The notes below the pieces were generated by a model, which worked only from the letters and a program-made list of their open reading frames with translations, did no database searches and had not been told where the DNA came from. Below are positions 1-11,420 of a stretch of 64,000 bases of DNA, one piece after another. The stretch's first letter is position 1. Every line of letters starts with the position of its first letter. Position numbers and translations under genes: made by a program. This DNA is from Callorhinchus milii (lineage: Eukaryota): positions 56,918,001 to 56,982,000 of the forward strand of contig NW_024704743.1 of the NCBI RefSeq assembly GCF_018977255.1. Reading direction: 5' to 3'.

Positions 1-145
1 GACACTACTGTGCACAATTGACTGATGCGTTTCGTCCACAAAATATTCAGTCAATCCACTTGACAGTATATTCTGTGAAGCACTTTGAGACTTCTCGAAG
101 ATGTGATAATGCATCATATCAAATGCAAGGATCATTATTATAATA
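1..145 (+). mobile_element. 3' part of a Deu/L2-tail SINE (cut by window edge)
   Basis: CTGTGCACAATTGACTG...TGTGAAGCACTTTGAGAC...CAAATGCAAGGATCATTATT. Confidence 0.8.
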
Positions 146-1030
146 CCTTCATACCTACTTCTTCAACCGTTGTTATGGTCATCTTCGCCTTCTCCCTCCA
201 CCCTGCTCACTGTCCATCTTCGCAACTGCAAAGTGCTTTGAGAGGTTATTCTACGTGAAGGGCACGATATAACTGCAAGCAGCAGCAGTTGTTGTTGAGT
301 GTGTGGTATGTACCGCCAATGTGCTGAAATACACTAAAGTTCTGGACTCATTTGTAATCATAAACCTCCATCAGTCAAGCTTACATGTTATCTGATACAC
401 AAATATTGAAAGGGCTTGGTACCTTTAAATGGGAACATTGTGCAAGATGAAAGAAAATACTCTCCAGGAGAGGTTGAAGATATTGAAATACCTTCATTTG
501 AGTGTTTCAGTTGTGAGGAATGTGTAAAATGCAGAAACACCAGATTGTGGAAGTACACATACACTGAACCAAGTCATCATGACCCAAAGTTGCACTAACA
601 GAAAATGTTTGTTTGACACTCTAGATACTCCAGAACAGATTATTTGAAATGTCATGTTGACACGTTGCTACACGCTTCCACATCTTTTAACTTTGTCATC
701 AATTGCCCCAACAAAAAGTATTCAGTTTTCTGCTTTGCTTAGCCTTTTTCACTCAACCAGCAGCACGTAGCTTGTTAAATGTCAGTCGCTGATCACAGTG
801 GCCGACTGTGAAGACTCAATGTTCTGTGAAATGATCAAGATTAACAGGGTGTAACAAAGATTCATTACTCGCTGCTTCTTGGCCTCTGAACACAATAGCA
901 AAGGATACCCTCCCCACACTTTCACATTCATTACTTTCTTCCCCCTTTCTCCCTTAACTTATTCCAGGAGTTGACTTGTTGCGAAATGGTACTCCCAACG
1001 TAAGCCCCGTTTACCATTCTTCAAGTGATA

Positions 1031-1254
1031 AATAATATAATTCTTGCATTTAATATAATGCCTCATCATGTCGTCGAGATGTTTCAAAAGTGATCTACCA
1101 ATCAACTAATAACTGGGTTCCTACTTAATGCTAGGTAAACAGAAGCATGTGGAGTAAGGAAACTTGTCTAAGGTTTCGGCCTGCCCAGGAATTGAACCCG
1201 GGTTGTCTCATTTGCGAGGCGAACGCTCTAACCAAAATGCTGCAAGACCCACAC
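1031..1254 (-). mobile_element. Older SINE with the same tRNA-like head but a longer CORE-like box and no Deu body
   Basis: Minus strand: head...GAAACCTTAGACAAGTTTCCTTACTCCACATGCTTCTGTTTACCTAGCATTAAGTAGGAACC, then directly an L2-type tail. Confidence 0.7.
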
Positions 1255-2904
1255 TGTTTACCAAATAACCACCAAATAATGAGCACCAGGAGAGATGAGT
1301 AGGTGATACTGTGTGAGAGGTGGAGTTGCAAGATTCTCCCAAAAGCAGAATTAGAAACATAAAAATATAAGTTTCTACTGCGCAGAAGAAGGGGATTCGT
1401 CTCATGAAATCCACAGTGGCTAACAGATCAAGGAGATCAATTCAATCCCACTGCCCTGCCTTATTGTTAAACCTAGACAAAACAATACCCGTGTGAAAGT
1501 ATTACTTTTGTTGTTCCTATGCCGCATCCTAGCCCCTTTCCTTCATATGATTTGATGGGCCACTGATTCTTTTTATCTTTTTCCTGTTTTTGTATCTCTA
1601 TATGCAATATTTATGTGTGTGTACCAGTGTGCGTTCCCAGGCTATCCACCATGGGAAATATTATAGCTAAACTTCAATCCTGTTTTTGTTGCAATATCCA
1701 AACACATGCAGTTTCTAGCATGGGTGACCGAAATTGGATTGTTTTTCTCCCAAGTAACACAGGGTCATGAAAGCCGATTGGATTACACGTAACATCACAG
1801 TTAAGTCCTCACTTGCTGATTTTCACACAAATATACAACAATAACAACAATGACTTGTATTTCCATAGGGTTCACTTAGGATAGTGTCTCAAGTACTGAC
1901 CTTCCAGTGTGGGTCACTGGTGGTATTCAGGAAGGGAAATGCCTAGACCAGAGATGTCTAGATCAATTAATGGCAATAATACTGCCCTAGCTAAAATCAC
2001 TGCAGGTCAAGTGTCGATCATGAGACATTATGGATCTCAATGGTTAAGTATCATTCCAGGCAGTGGTTTTACCAAATAATACATTGGAAGCGATGTGGAA
2101 CATTCAAAAAGCACAGATATTACTGAGCATGATGTGCTTTCAAAAACAAGTACAAAGGTTCGCCTGCCAGAGTGAACAGCCTAGGACATAGCATATCAGG
2201 TGCTGTCCACACAAAAGCCATCTTTCATGTCACAATATGAAGAGGTGAAGTAAATGTGATGTCTTCAGGGTTAAAATCTGTCACTGTTCGTTTCATCAAC
2301 TTTCGTTAACTCCAGAAATTTCAGGAAGAAGGAAACTGCAAAAATTCCAGAACATCTGAAATCCATTGAAATGTAACGGGAGGAGAAGAATTACAACGTA
2401 TAACAACTACTGAGAAGAATTAACAATGTGTGACAACCGTCAAATAAAGTGCACAGTCCATCATTAAAGATTCAACTTTGATTTTGTGATCAATTACCCA
2501 AGCAAGAAATTTCTGGTCTGAAGCAAGAGACTTTTTGTCTGATGCAAGTTTGTGAATTTACCAACGGACATTGATACGGACATTTATTTCTCTACGCTAT
2601 TGATCTGTCTGGTGTTATGTGATATTTGAACTGACAAACTTTGCATTTCATATTAAGTAAAGAAATTTTAAAACATTAGTTGCTGAGTGTCTTTGGTTCC
2701 TCTGTTCTCGGGTCCTTATTTAAAGGACGGCTATAAAGAAAAAGCTGGTCTTATTCTGCTCATTGCCCAGAACCCAACATTTGGCTGGAAAGCCCTGTGG
2801 ACAAACCGCCAGGGCGAACAGCCAACCGACCGACCAATTCAAAACACAAGATATCAACTCAGCACATGGAGGCCCCAACAGAGGGCAGGTGATGGCACGG
2901 TCAC

Positions 2905-3935
2905 AAAAGAGAGTCTTGGTCGTACCTTGAAGGAGGCAAGGGAGAGAGCAAGGTGAAGGGATTGTGGGATGGAGGTCCAAAGGGTGGGGCAGAGAGGCTG
3001 AAAGCCCGGTCTCTGAGTCTAGGGCGGGTCGGGCAGAAGACATGGAGCAGGCCAGAGCCTATTGAGTAGAGGGGGCAGACAGGTTGATAGGGGATCAGCA
3101 GGTCAGAGAGGTGGGAGGGGGCAAGGCCGTGGAGGGCCTTGAAAGTGATGACAAGGATTTTGAACTGTATCCTCTGAGAGATTGGAAGCCAGTGGAGCTG
3201 GGCGAGGTTGGGGTGACGAGATGACGGAGTCTGGTGTGGGAGAGGACATGAGTTGCAGAGTTCTGGATGATCCACAGCTTGTGGAGGGAAGAGTTGAGGG
3301 AGGCCAACAAGGAGGGAGTTTCAGTAGTGGAGCCTTCAGGTGACAAATGTGTGTATGAGGGTTTCGGCAGCCTGAGGGGTGAGGCAGAGGCAGAGTTGGG
3401 CAATGTTGCCCACAAAGTCACCCACAAATAGACAGTCAATTCACTTTACAGCATATTCTGTGAAGCGCTTTGAGACGTCGAGAAGACGTGAAAAGCACTA
3501 TATCAAATGCAAGGATTATTATTATTATGTTGTGGAAGCAGGGCAGGTCATGGCATGGATATGAGGGAGAAAGAATAGTTGAGGGCCGAACAAGATGCCT
3601 AGGTTCCTGACTGGCTCGATGAGATGGAGTGTGCATCCGTGCATGCTGATGCTGCCAGCGCCTGAGGTGCTGAGGCACTGGCGCGAGCCAATCAGGAGGG
3701 CTTCGGTCTTGCTGACATTCAGCTGTAGAAAGTTGGCTTTTATCCAGGACGATGTCAGACAGACATCAGTTATCCTGGAATCGAGGGTGGAGGCAGAGAG
3801 AGAGTGCATGTGGAAGTTGACCCCATGTCTGCGGATGATGTCACCAATGGGGAGCATATAGAGATTGAAGAGGAGGGGACCGAGGACAGAGCCCGGAGGA
3901 ACACCGCACAAGACTGTGCAGGAGCTGGAAGAGAT
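2905..3935 (-). mobile_element. L2 LINE ORF2 3' fragment (split by a SINE)
   Basis: CGVPPGSVLGPLLFNLYMLP, FLQLNVSKTEALLIG, EPVRNLGILF, LHWLPISQRIQFKILVITFKALHGLAP, DRAFSLSAP. Confidence 0.92.
3409..3526 (+). mobile_element. 3' fragment of young SINE inserted in an L2
   Basis: TSD ATGTTG at 3403-3408 and 3527-3532; GAGAA-loop tail and (ATT)n. Confidence 0.88.
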
Positions 3936-4349
3936 AACAATGCTTATATATATCCAAACTAAACTGCAATTTCCCTGTGTCTGAAATCAAATTGCACTCT
4001 CTCCCTAGAGGAATACACACCTTGCTTATCTAAACCTAGAACGTTTTAGGTACAGGTTGGCAAGAGCTGGGGACTTCAGAGTGTGAGTTGGAGTGGTAGG
4101 TGTATGGCACGTACCAGAAATTCCTTTTGAGTCTCTTGGTTAGCAGCACAACTCAGCATCCTCCTTCCTACACACATCACCTACCCATTAAGTGACGATT
4201 CCTCTTGTGGAGTTTCAGCAGCAGCAGCTGCTTACATCTCTACACATCAATCCAATAAAGGGTACCAAGCTTATTCAACACCAACTGCTTCACCCAGGTC
4301 CTTATGTGGGATTGAAAAAGTAAACCAAGATCAATACTTTGAGACCAAT

Positions 4350-4585
4350 TCAGGAAAACAAGACAGCATAGGTTTAGAGTTGTAAAGGGCAATTGTGGGA
4401 CAGACATCAGGATGTTTTGTTTTACTCAGAGAGTAATTCACGATTGAAACAGGTTGTTAGGAAAATGGTAAAGGCCAGGACACTGGATTCATTTTGAAAA
4501 CAGCTTAATGCAATGATGGGGAGTAAGATGAAATCAGATGAGCCGAAGAGGCTTCTTTATTCAAATTGATCTTGTGACCTTGTGA
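4350..4585 (+). mobile_element. Old CR1 3' end
   Basis: ACAAGACAGCATAGGTTTAG (TRGH-like), TTTACTCAGAGAGTA, (CTTGTGA)n tail. Related pieces at ~15530-15650, 18540-18680, 43470-43632, 53186-53305, 58140-58550(-) and 60497-60570(-). Confidence 0.65.
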
Positions 4586-5159
4586 GGGGTTTGGTGAAGC
4601 TGCCTACCTCCAGGTGCTGAGTATCAGGCCCCTGCAGCCTTCTCACTCTGCAACCACTTCCACTAATTATCACAAATTTACCTCGATGTTTGTTCCTAGA
4701 TTTTGAAAATGGAACCTCTTCCCTGAATGCCCAAGATTTCTGAACTATGCTAGAACTCTGTTCAGACACGTGTCTTATACACGACAAGCTTAACCCAAAT
4801 TGAGTCTTTGCTTTCATTACAGAGAAATGGGAATATGCCCAGAGTGCCTTTCACCCCTTCTCAGTGTGGTCCCGAAGAAGTGTCCAAAAAAATATTTGTG
4901 TCCTCAGCTAACCAAATAGAAATAAATAATTGGGATCTTCTGGTCATAAAACACCTAACTTTATGGCACCCACCATCTTCTGATGTCTTACTGAGTTGTC
5001 CAGTGTTCAAAATGGAGAATGCTGCATATGAGAACCCGCAAACACCACATTGACTGCAAACAAGTGCTGCAATTTTATCATAAATGCCTGGAAAAGGAGC
5101 ACCAAGCTCACCCCTCTAGGTACCATCGAATATATGTAAGAAGTACCATATGTTTTATA

Positions 5160-5245
5160 TATGTTTTGTGTTTGTGTGTGTGTCTGTGTGCACGCATGTA
5201 TGACATGCGTGTGCGGTATGTATAAATATCGTGAGTATGTGTGGA
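5160..5245. repeat. Degenerate (TG)n microsatellite
   Basis: TGTGTTTGTGTGTGTGTCTGTGTGCACGCATG. Confidence 0.75.
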
Positions 5246-6789
5246 GAGAGTTATAATAAACATTATTCCCCAGGATTTAATGCGATTGATGAAAAACATT
5301 AAATAGAAATATTAGATGCTCAATAGTTATAAATAAAACCTATTATTTTTTAACCAGCCTAGATTTATTTACAAAGTTCAAAATAAACCAAACTTAAATG
5401 ATGCCAACAGAAGTACAAACATTTACAGTTATGTTTACATATGTACTTATGAAACACATTCTTCCTGGCATTTAACGCTAGCAAATTATTTTATAAAGGT
5501 TGAAGGCTGTCAGAAAAGTGTGTCATTTCAGATTCCACATTTTCAGATGGGGTCTCTTGAATCTAAGGAAACTGCTAATTGCAATAAAACTTGACTTTGC
5601 ATTTCCAAATTTTCACGCTGTTGGGTTGGAGAAATTAATTCCATGTTGTTCCTAGTTATGAATGCATCTTGTACAAATGTTCTGATTCCACAATGCATTC
5701 TCACTGTGTTGCACCCCTACAGTGCTGTGGCGAAGGATTTTGAAAATGTTATCTGCTGCCTGTACCCTTACACTTGGTCTGGAACTCTCATTAAGATGAG
5801 CTATACATGGACTGCTGCCACAGAGTATTTTTAAAATCATCCTTCACCTCAGCTGTAAAACTGTTAAGCATTCCAAGGAGTTTAAAGCAGCGATGTAAGT
5901 GATGTTTGTGTTTTTTATGCTGGCTACTTGTAACATGAAGACAATTTTATTACACTTGCATGCACTTACACTTACTCTTTGCCCTGTCGATGGTGCACTC
6001 TGTCAGATGCTCTTGATTAATCTGAACTAATGATCACTATGCACGTCTTGACCAAATTCTCCTTTCATTTTGTGGCTGCTTGTCAAACAGTGGTCATACC
6101 TCCTTAGCACAACATCCAAATTAGAGAACATTACACCAAAGAATGCCTACAGAAGCTTTGTCAACACCCAAGTGAAAGAGCCAATCAATAATGCCAAAGC
6201 CCTGTGATAGGTCTCAAAGTGAAATGTCACTTACTCAGCAGACATGGACCACTGACGTCACTTACCCAGTTTCCTGCCACCGGGTTAAGGTTTCCCACTT
6301 CCACATTTCCCAGTTCAAACTGTTCTTAATTTGTGGAAATTCCTGGAAGAATCTTGGAGGATGTGAATGACTGTATCATCTATAGAAGCGGCTCCCAGGA
6401 TTTGACACCGGCATCTTTTAACCCAACAAATACATAAGACATTTAATTTCCCGGGTCAAGAAGAACCAAATAATTCTATATCTTTTACAAGAATCCTTTC
6501 CTACTTTGGTCCTGTTTAACTGATTTTGCAAGCAGCAACTTGCATTGATAAAGTGTTTTTCACATAGGCTTGAAGCACTTTACAGAGCTGATACAGGTAC
6601 TAGGGTGGGTGAGGGAGTGGAGGAGGGAGATGACTGTGGACATAGTCAAAGATGTAGATTTTCAGGAGGCCTTTACAGATGAATAGTTTTCAAAGTTGTG
6701 TTTTGGTAGATCTGAAATAAATTTAAGTATTTAAGAATTTGCCAAATTCTGCATTCTACAAAATGCTAAGAAAATAGAATAATTCTAAA

Positions 6790-7187
6790 CCTAGATGGAA
6801 TTTCCAACCTCCATGTTTAACAGCACAGAAATAAGCTATTTAGCCTGTCATTTATTTGCCATTGCTAATTCCCCTAATGTAGTCATCTGCTCTAATCCCA
6901 TTCACCTGTTTATCCCCTATACCCTTCAATTTCACTTTGCTTCAAGTATTTATCTAAATTCTCTTTTAGTGCGTTTGTGGACAACATTTGCAACAAGGTC
7001 TTCTAGATTCTAGCACCTCTCTTTGTAAAATATACATTTCCATATATACATACCTCCCTTGATTTATTCTGGTGATAAACCTCAAATTACAACCTCATAT
7101 AACTGAAACACTGATCAGTCGGAATAATCTTTATATATTTTATCAAATCCAGAATTTTGAAAACCTCTATTAACCCCTTTAATCTTC
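6790..7187 (-). mobile_element. Old CR1 3' fragment (target of the PLE)
   Basis: TTCTAGATTCTAGCACCTCTCTTTGTAAAA and TTTTGAAAACCTCTATTAA resemble the antisense CR1 3' ORF2/UTR. Confidence 0.6.
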
Positions 7188-8666
7188 CTTTATTTTATCC
7201 ATCGCCTCAACAAAAAACTGTTCCTTTTTCTTCCAGATGGCAAGGATCACAGATTCCAGCAACTGTTGGGTGACAACCCACCTCCTGAACCCTCCCACCC
7301 TTTGCCTTCTCCTGACACCACCCCTACCCCCAATCCCACTCCTTGCCATATTTTCACCATTTCCTCTGACCTTCCACTTTCTGACCCCAAACGATCCGTC
7401 CTCAGTAAAGGCCTCAGCTTCATCCCCTTATGCCCCACCTCAATGAATTTCGATCCCGGCATGATGCTGAGCTCTTGTTCTGCTGCCTCTGCCTCCGTGC
7501 TCACTTCTTTGGCCAGGATGCCTCCCCCCGTACATCAGACCCCTTCTTGTGTCTCCAGAAGTCCCACTCCACTTGGACCTCACCTCCAGGCTCCCTACCC
7601 TCCGTCGACCTTTTCATTGAAAACTGCTGGCGTGACATCGGCCGTGTCCAGTTCTCCACTCCCTCCCCCAATCAAACCTCTCTCCCTCTGGACGCGCTGC
7701 ACTCCACTCCCTCAGGACCAATCCTGATATCATTGTGAAACCCGCTGACAAGGGAGGGGCTGTCGTTGTCTGGCGAAAGGACCTCTATCTGGCAGAGGCC
7801 GAACACCAACTCTCTGACAACTCCTCTTACCTTCCTCTGGACCATGACCCCACAGCTGAACACTAAACCACCATCACCGAAGTAGTCAATGACCTCATCC
7901 CCTCTGGTGGCTTTCCTCCTACAGCCTCCAACCTCAAAGCCACTCGCCACGCACAGCCCATCTGTACCTCCTCCCCAAGATCCACAAACAGGACTGTCCT
8001 GGTAGACCCATTGCCTCAGCCTGTTCCTGGCCCACCAAATTAATCTCATCTTATCTGGACTCCATTTTTGCTCCCCTCCCACCTACATCCGTGACTCCTC
8101 GGACACCCTTCGCCTCTTTGACAATTTCCAGTTCCCCGGTCCTGAATGTTTCCTTTTCACAATGGATGTTCAGTCCCTCTACACCTCCATCTCCCACAAG
8201 GACGACCTCCAGGCCCTCCGGTTCCACCTTGATCAACGGCAAAACCAGTCTCCACCATTGCGCTCCTCCACCTGGCTGAACTTGTTCTGACATTGAACAA
8301 CTTCACATTCAATTCCAACCACTTCCTTCAAATAAAACATGTCGCTATGGGAACCCGTATGGGTCCCAGCTATGCCTGCCTGTTTGTGGGCCACCTGCAA
8401 CACTCCTTGTTCCGGTCCTATTCAGGTCTGCTCCCTGACCTGTTTCTCAGGTACATTGATGATTGTGTCGGGGCCACTTCCTGCTCTCACAGTGAGTTAG
8501 AAGCATTTATAAATTTTGCTTCCAACTTCCACCCTTCCATAAAATTCACATGGACCATCTTTGACTCTTCCCTTCCTCGACTTCACTATCTCCACGTTAG
8601 GTAACAGACTATCCACAGACATTTTCTATAAGCCCACCAATATCCACAGCTACACCCACAACACCT

Positions 8667-8989
8667 GTGGAGTCCTGTAGCTCAGTGGTTAGAGCACTCG
8701 CTTTGCAAGTGAGAGACCTGAGTTCAATTCCAGGCAGGGCGAAACCTTGGGCAAGTTTCCTTACTCCACACACAGCCCTAATAATAATCCCTCCAAAACA
8801 AAAAAACAATAATAAATTGGTCATTTTCAATCTACGACTGTTTGTGGGACATTGCTGTGCGCAATTGGCTGCCGCGTTTGCCCACAAATATACAGTCAAT
8901 TCACTTTACAGTGTGTTTTGTGAAGCGCTTTGGGACGTCCTCCCGACGTGAAAGGCGCTATACCAAATGCAAGGATTATTATTATTATT
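8667..8989 (+). mobile_element. Young tRNA(Ala)-like / Deu-like / L2-tail SINE, full length
   Basis: A box TAGCTCAGTGG, B-box-like GAGTTCAATTCC, body GTTTGTGGGACATTGCTGTGCGCAATTGGCTGCCGCG, tail GGGACGTCCTCCCGACGTGAAAGGCGCTATA..(ATT)n. TSD AGCTAC at 8648-8653 and 8990-8995. Confidence 0.93.
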
Positions 8990-9168
8990 AGCTACCTTGA
9001 TTACACCTCTTCCCACCAGCCTCCTGCAAAGACACCATCCCATTTTCCCAGTTCCTCCACCTCCGCTGCATCTGCTCTGACAATACAACCTTCCACGCTA
9101 GATCAACCGAGATGTCCTCATTTTTCCTTGACCGAGGATTCCTAACAACAGTAATAGCAAAGGCCCTT

Positions 9169-9498
9169 AATAAGAATAATAATAATAATCCTTGCATTTG
9201 ATATAGTGCTTTTCACGTCAGGAGGACGTCCCAAAGCGCTTCACAGAACACACTGTAAAGTGAATTGACTGTATATTTGTGGGCGAACGCGGCAGCCAAT
9301 TGCGCACAGCAATGTCCCACAAACAGTCGTAGATTGAAAATGACCAATTTAATTATTGTTTGGGGGTTTTTTGGAGGGATTATTATTAGGCGTGTGGAGT
9401 AAGGAAACTTGCCCAAGGTTTCGCCCTCTGCCTGTAATTGAACTCAGGTCTCTTACTTGCAAAGCGAGTGCTCTAACCACTGAGCTACAGGACTCCAC
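9169..9498 (-). mobile_element. Young SINE, same family, full length
   Basis: Near-identical reverse complement of 8667-8989. Splits the PLE sequence AAGGCCCTT|GACCATGTC with no clear TSD. Confidence 0.93.
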
Positions 9499-9933
9499 GA
9501 CCATGTCCGCCCTATTTTATGCACCTCTGCCCTAACCCTTTCCCCCCCATCCCGGAACCGTGAATAGGGTCCCCTTAGTCCTTACCACTCCACCAGCCTC
9601 AAGATTCAGCACATCATTCTCCGATATTTCCGGCACCTCCAGCATGACCCATGCACCAAATACATATTTCCTTCCCCTCCCCTCTCCACATTCTGAAGGG
9701 ATCGTTCCCTCCGTGATTTCTTAGTTCATTCTGCCGTCAGCACTACCAGCTGCTCTTCTTCCCCTGGTACCTTCCCATGCCAGCGCAGGTGGTGTAATAC
9801 CTGCCCTTTCACCTCCTCCCACATCACTATCCAAGGCGCCAAACACAGCTTCCATGTGAGACCGCGGTTTACATGTACTACCACCAATGTAGTATACTGT
9901 ATCCGCTGTTCACGGTGTGGTCTCCTCTATATT

Positions 9934-10255
9934 AATAATAATAATAATAATCCTTGCATTTGATATAAAGCTTTTCACGTCGGGAGGACGTCCCAAAGCA
10001 CTTCACAGAACACACTGTAAAGTGAATTGACTGTATATTTGTGGGCGAACGCGGCAGCCAATTGCGCACAGCAATGTCCCACAAACAGTCGTAGATTGAA
10101 AATGACCAATTTATTGTTGTTTTGTTTATTTGGAGGGATTATTATCAGGTGTGTGGAGTAAGAAAACTTGCTCAAGGTTTCGCCCTGCCTGGAATTGAAC
10201 TCAAGTCTCTCACTTGCAAAGCGAGTGCTCTAACCACTGAGCTACAGGACTCCAC
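9934..10255 (-). mobile_element. Young SINE, same family, full length, inserted in the YIG motif
   Basis: Near-identical copy. ATT duplicated at 9931-9933 and 10256-10258. Confidence 0.93.
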
Positions 10256-10820
10256 ATTGGGGAGACTAAGCGCAGATTGGGTGATTGATTGGCAGAACAC
10301 CTTTGTTCTATACGCAAGGTCAACCCTAATCTTCCGGTCTCCTGCTATTTTAACTCACACTCCCATTCACAGTCTGACCTCTCCATCCATGGCCTCCTGC
10401 TCTGTTCCAATGATCCACAGCGAAAGCTTGAGGAACAGCATCTTATCTATATGCTAGGGACCCTATAGCCCTCTGGCCTCAATATCGATTTCAGCCACTT
10501 CAGACCATAACAGCTCACCTTACCCCCTCCCCCTCTTTCTGTTACCAGAACAGTTATCTTCTGTTTTCATTACAATCATCACCCCAGACACTCTTTGCCT
10601 CTCTCTGGTGTGTTGCCTGTTCTACACTATTAACACCTCTTCTCCCCAGTTTTGTTTCAACCCAGCCCGCTTTTTGTTTTACAACCCCCCTTTTGTTTTA
10701 CACCACTATCATCTCTTTAACCCATCAACTAACACATTCTCTCCTTTGTCTTCTTTGTCCTCTTTGTCCTGCCTCCGCCTCTCAACTTATCCTTAAAAAC
10801 CTCTCCCTCCCAACATGCCC

Positions 10821-10860
10821 CAGTTCTGACGAAGGATCGTGGATCTGAAATGTTGACTCA
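10821..10860 (+). ncRNA. Minimal hammerhead-ribozyme motif in the PLE 3' repeat (probably degenerate)
   Basis: AGTT-CTGACGA-A-GGATC-gtg-GATCT-GAAA-TGTT-GACT. Core CUGANGA (10826-10832) and GAAA (10847-10850), stem II GGATC/GATCT, stem I AGTT/GACT. Stem III reads AATGTT rather than palindromic AACGTT. Confidence 0.7.
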
Positions 10861-11144
10861 CTTTCCTTTCTCCATAGATGCTGCCTGACTTGCTGAGTGT
10901 TCCCAGCTCTCTCTGTTTTTGTTCCTTTAATCTTCATTCTTGGGGAGGGGAGAGAAGGGACGCACTGGCTTGGGGTTCGATGATATTAACTATACTGTAC
11001 TAAAACTATACTTTTTGACATATCTCACATATTTAGAAATCCGTCAATACTCTTAAGAGGATCCAGACCAGACTTTTACATGTCTAGGCCAATTACACAT
11101 GAAGTTATTATTATTACATTATTATTCTGTACAAGCAAGTTATT

Positions 11145-11420
11145 CCATCACGGAGGGAGGGATTTTGCTGTATCCCAATCCTGACCTCACCGATGTCCGG
11201 GCATATGTGCAACTTCCAGCAGGGATGCTGGTTAAGAATAGAGATGAGGAATGGAATCTTCTTCTCCTTATGTTAAGATGCTGAGTCCCATTTGTAAAAC
11301 TTTCACTGCCTACCTAGCTGGGGTAAACTAATTTAGCGCTGACCAGACATCAAATCTTGGGCTTTCCCCACATATTCAAGTATAACTGCTGTGTTCATAT
11401 CTGCAACTGATTCACACAGA
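11145..11420 (-). mobile_element. LF-SINE-like ancient SINE fragment
   Basis: CCCAATCCTGACCTCACCGATGTCC...CTTCCAGCAGGG resembles the recalled LF-SINE body. Related fragments at ~940-1030, 1760-2095, 14920-15345, 15660-15770, 39160-39260, 40895-41148, 43260-43410, 47950-48125 and 57860-58110. Confidence 0.55.

Larger units (their letters stand above)
7190..10510 (+). pseudogene. Disrupted PLE RT + GIY-YIG endonuclease ORF
   Basis: ORF pieces 7430-7738 and 8293-8604 carry PLE RT motifs. Multiple frameshifts, in-frame stops (e.g. TAA ~7864, TGA ~9694) and SINE insertions at 8667, 9169 and 9934. Confidence 0.9.
7188..10923 (+). mobile_element. Penelope-like retroelement (Neptune-type), 5'-truncated and decayed, interrupted by three SINEs
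   Basis: Flanked by a 12-bp direct repeat CCTTTAATCTTC (7176-7187 and 10924-10935). Fragmentary translation gives VKPADKGGAVVVW, TMDVQSLYTSI, AMGTRMGPSYACLFVG, FLRYIDDC (RT), SYLDYTSSH, FPCQRRWCNTCPF (Cys linker) and VVYCIRCSRCGLLY|IGETKRRLG (GIY-YIG). The ORF ends FRP* at 10510, followed by a pyrimidine-rich 3' region. Confidence 0.93.

Noticed and set aside
8667..8951. Recurrent ORF ..KLVIFNLRLFVGHCCAQLAAAFAHKYTVNSLYSVFCEALWDVLPT (also at 9213, 9975, 61123)
   Set aside because: It is a translation of the repeated SINE consensus, not a multicopy protein gene.
9690..10300. In-frame TGA codons in the PLE as possible selenocysteine recoding
   Set aside because: They fall at positions expected to be Arg (CGN, consistent with CpG decay), and the copy also has TAA/TAG stops and frameshifts.
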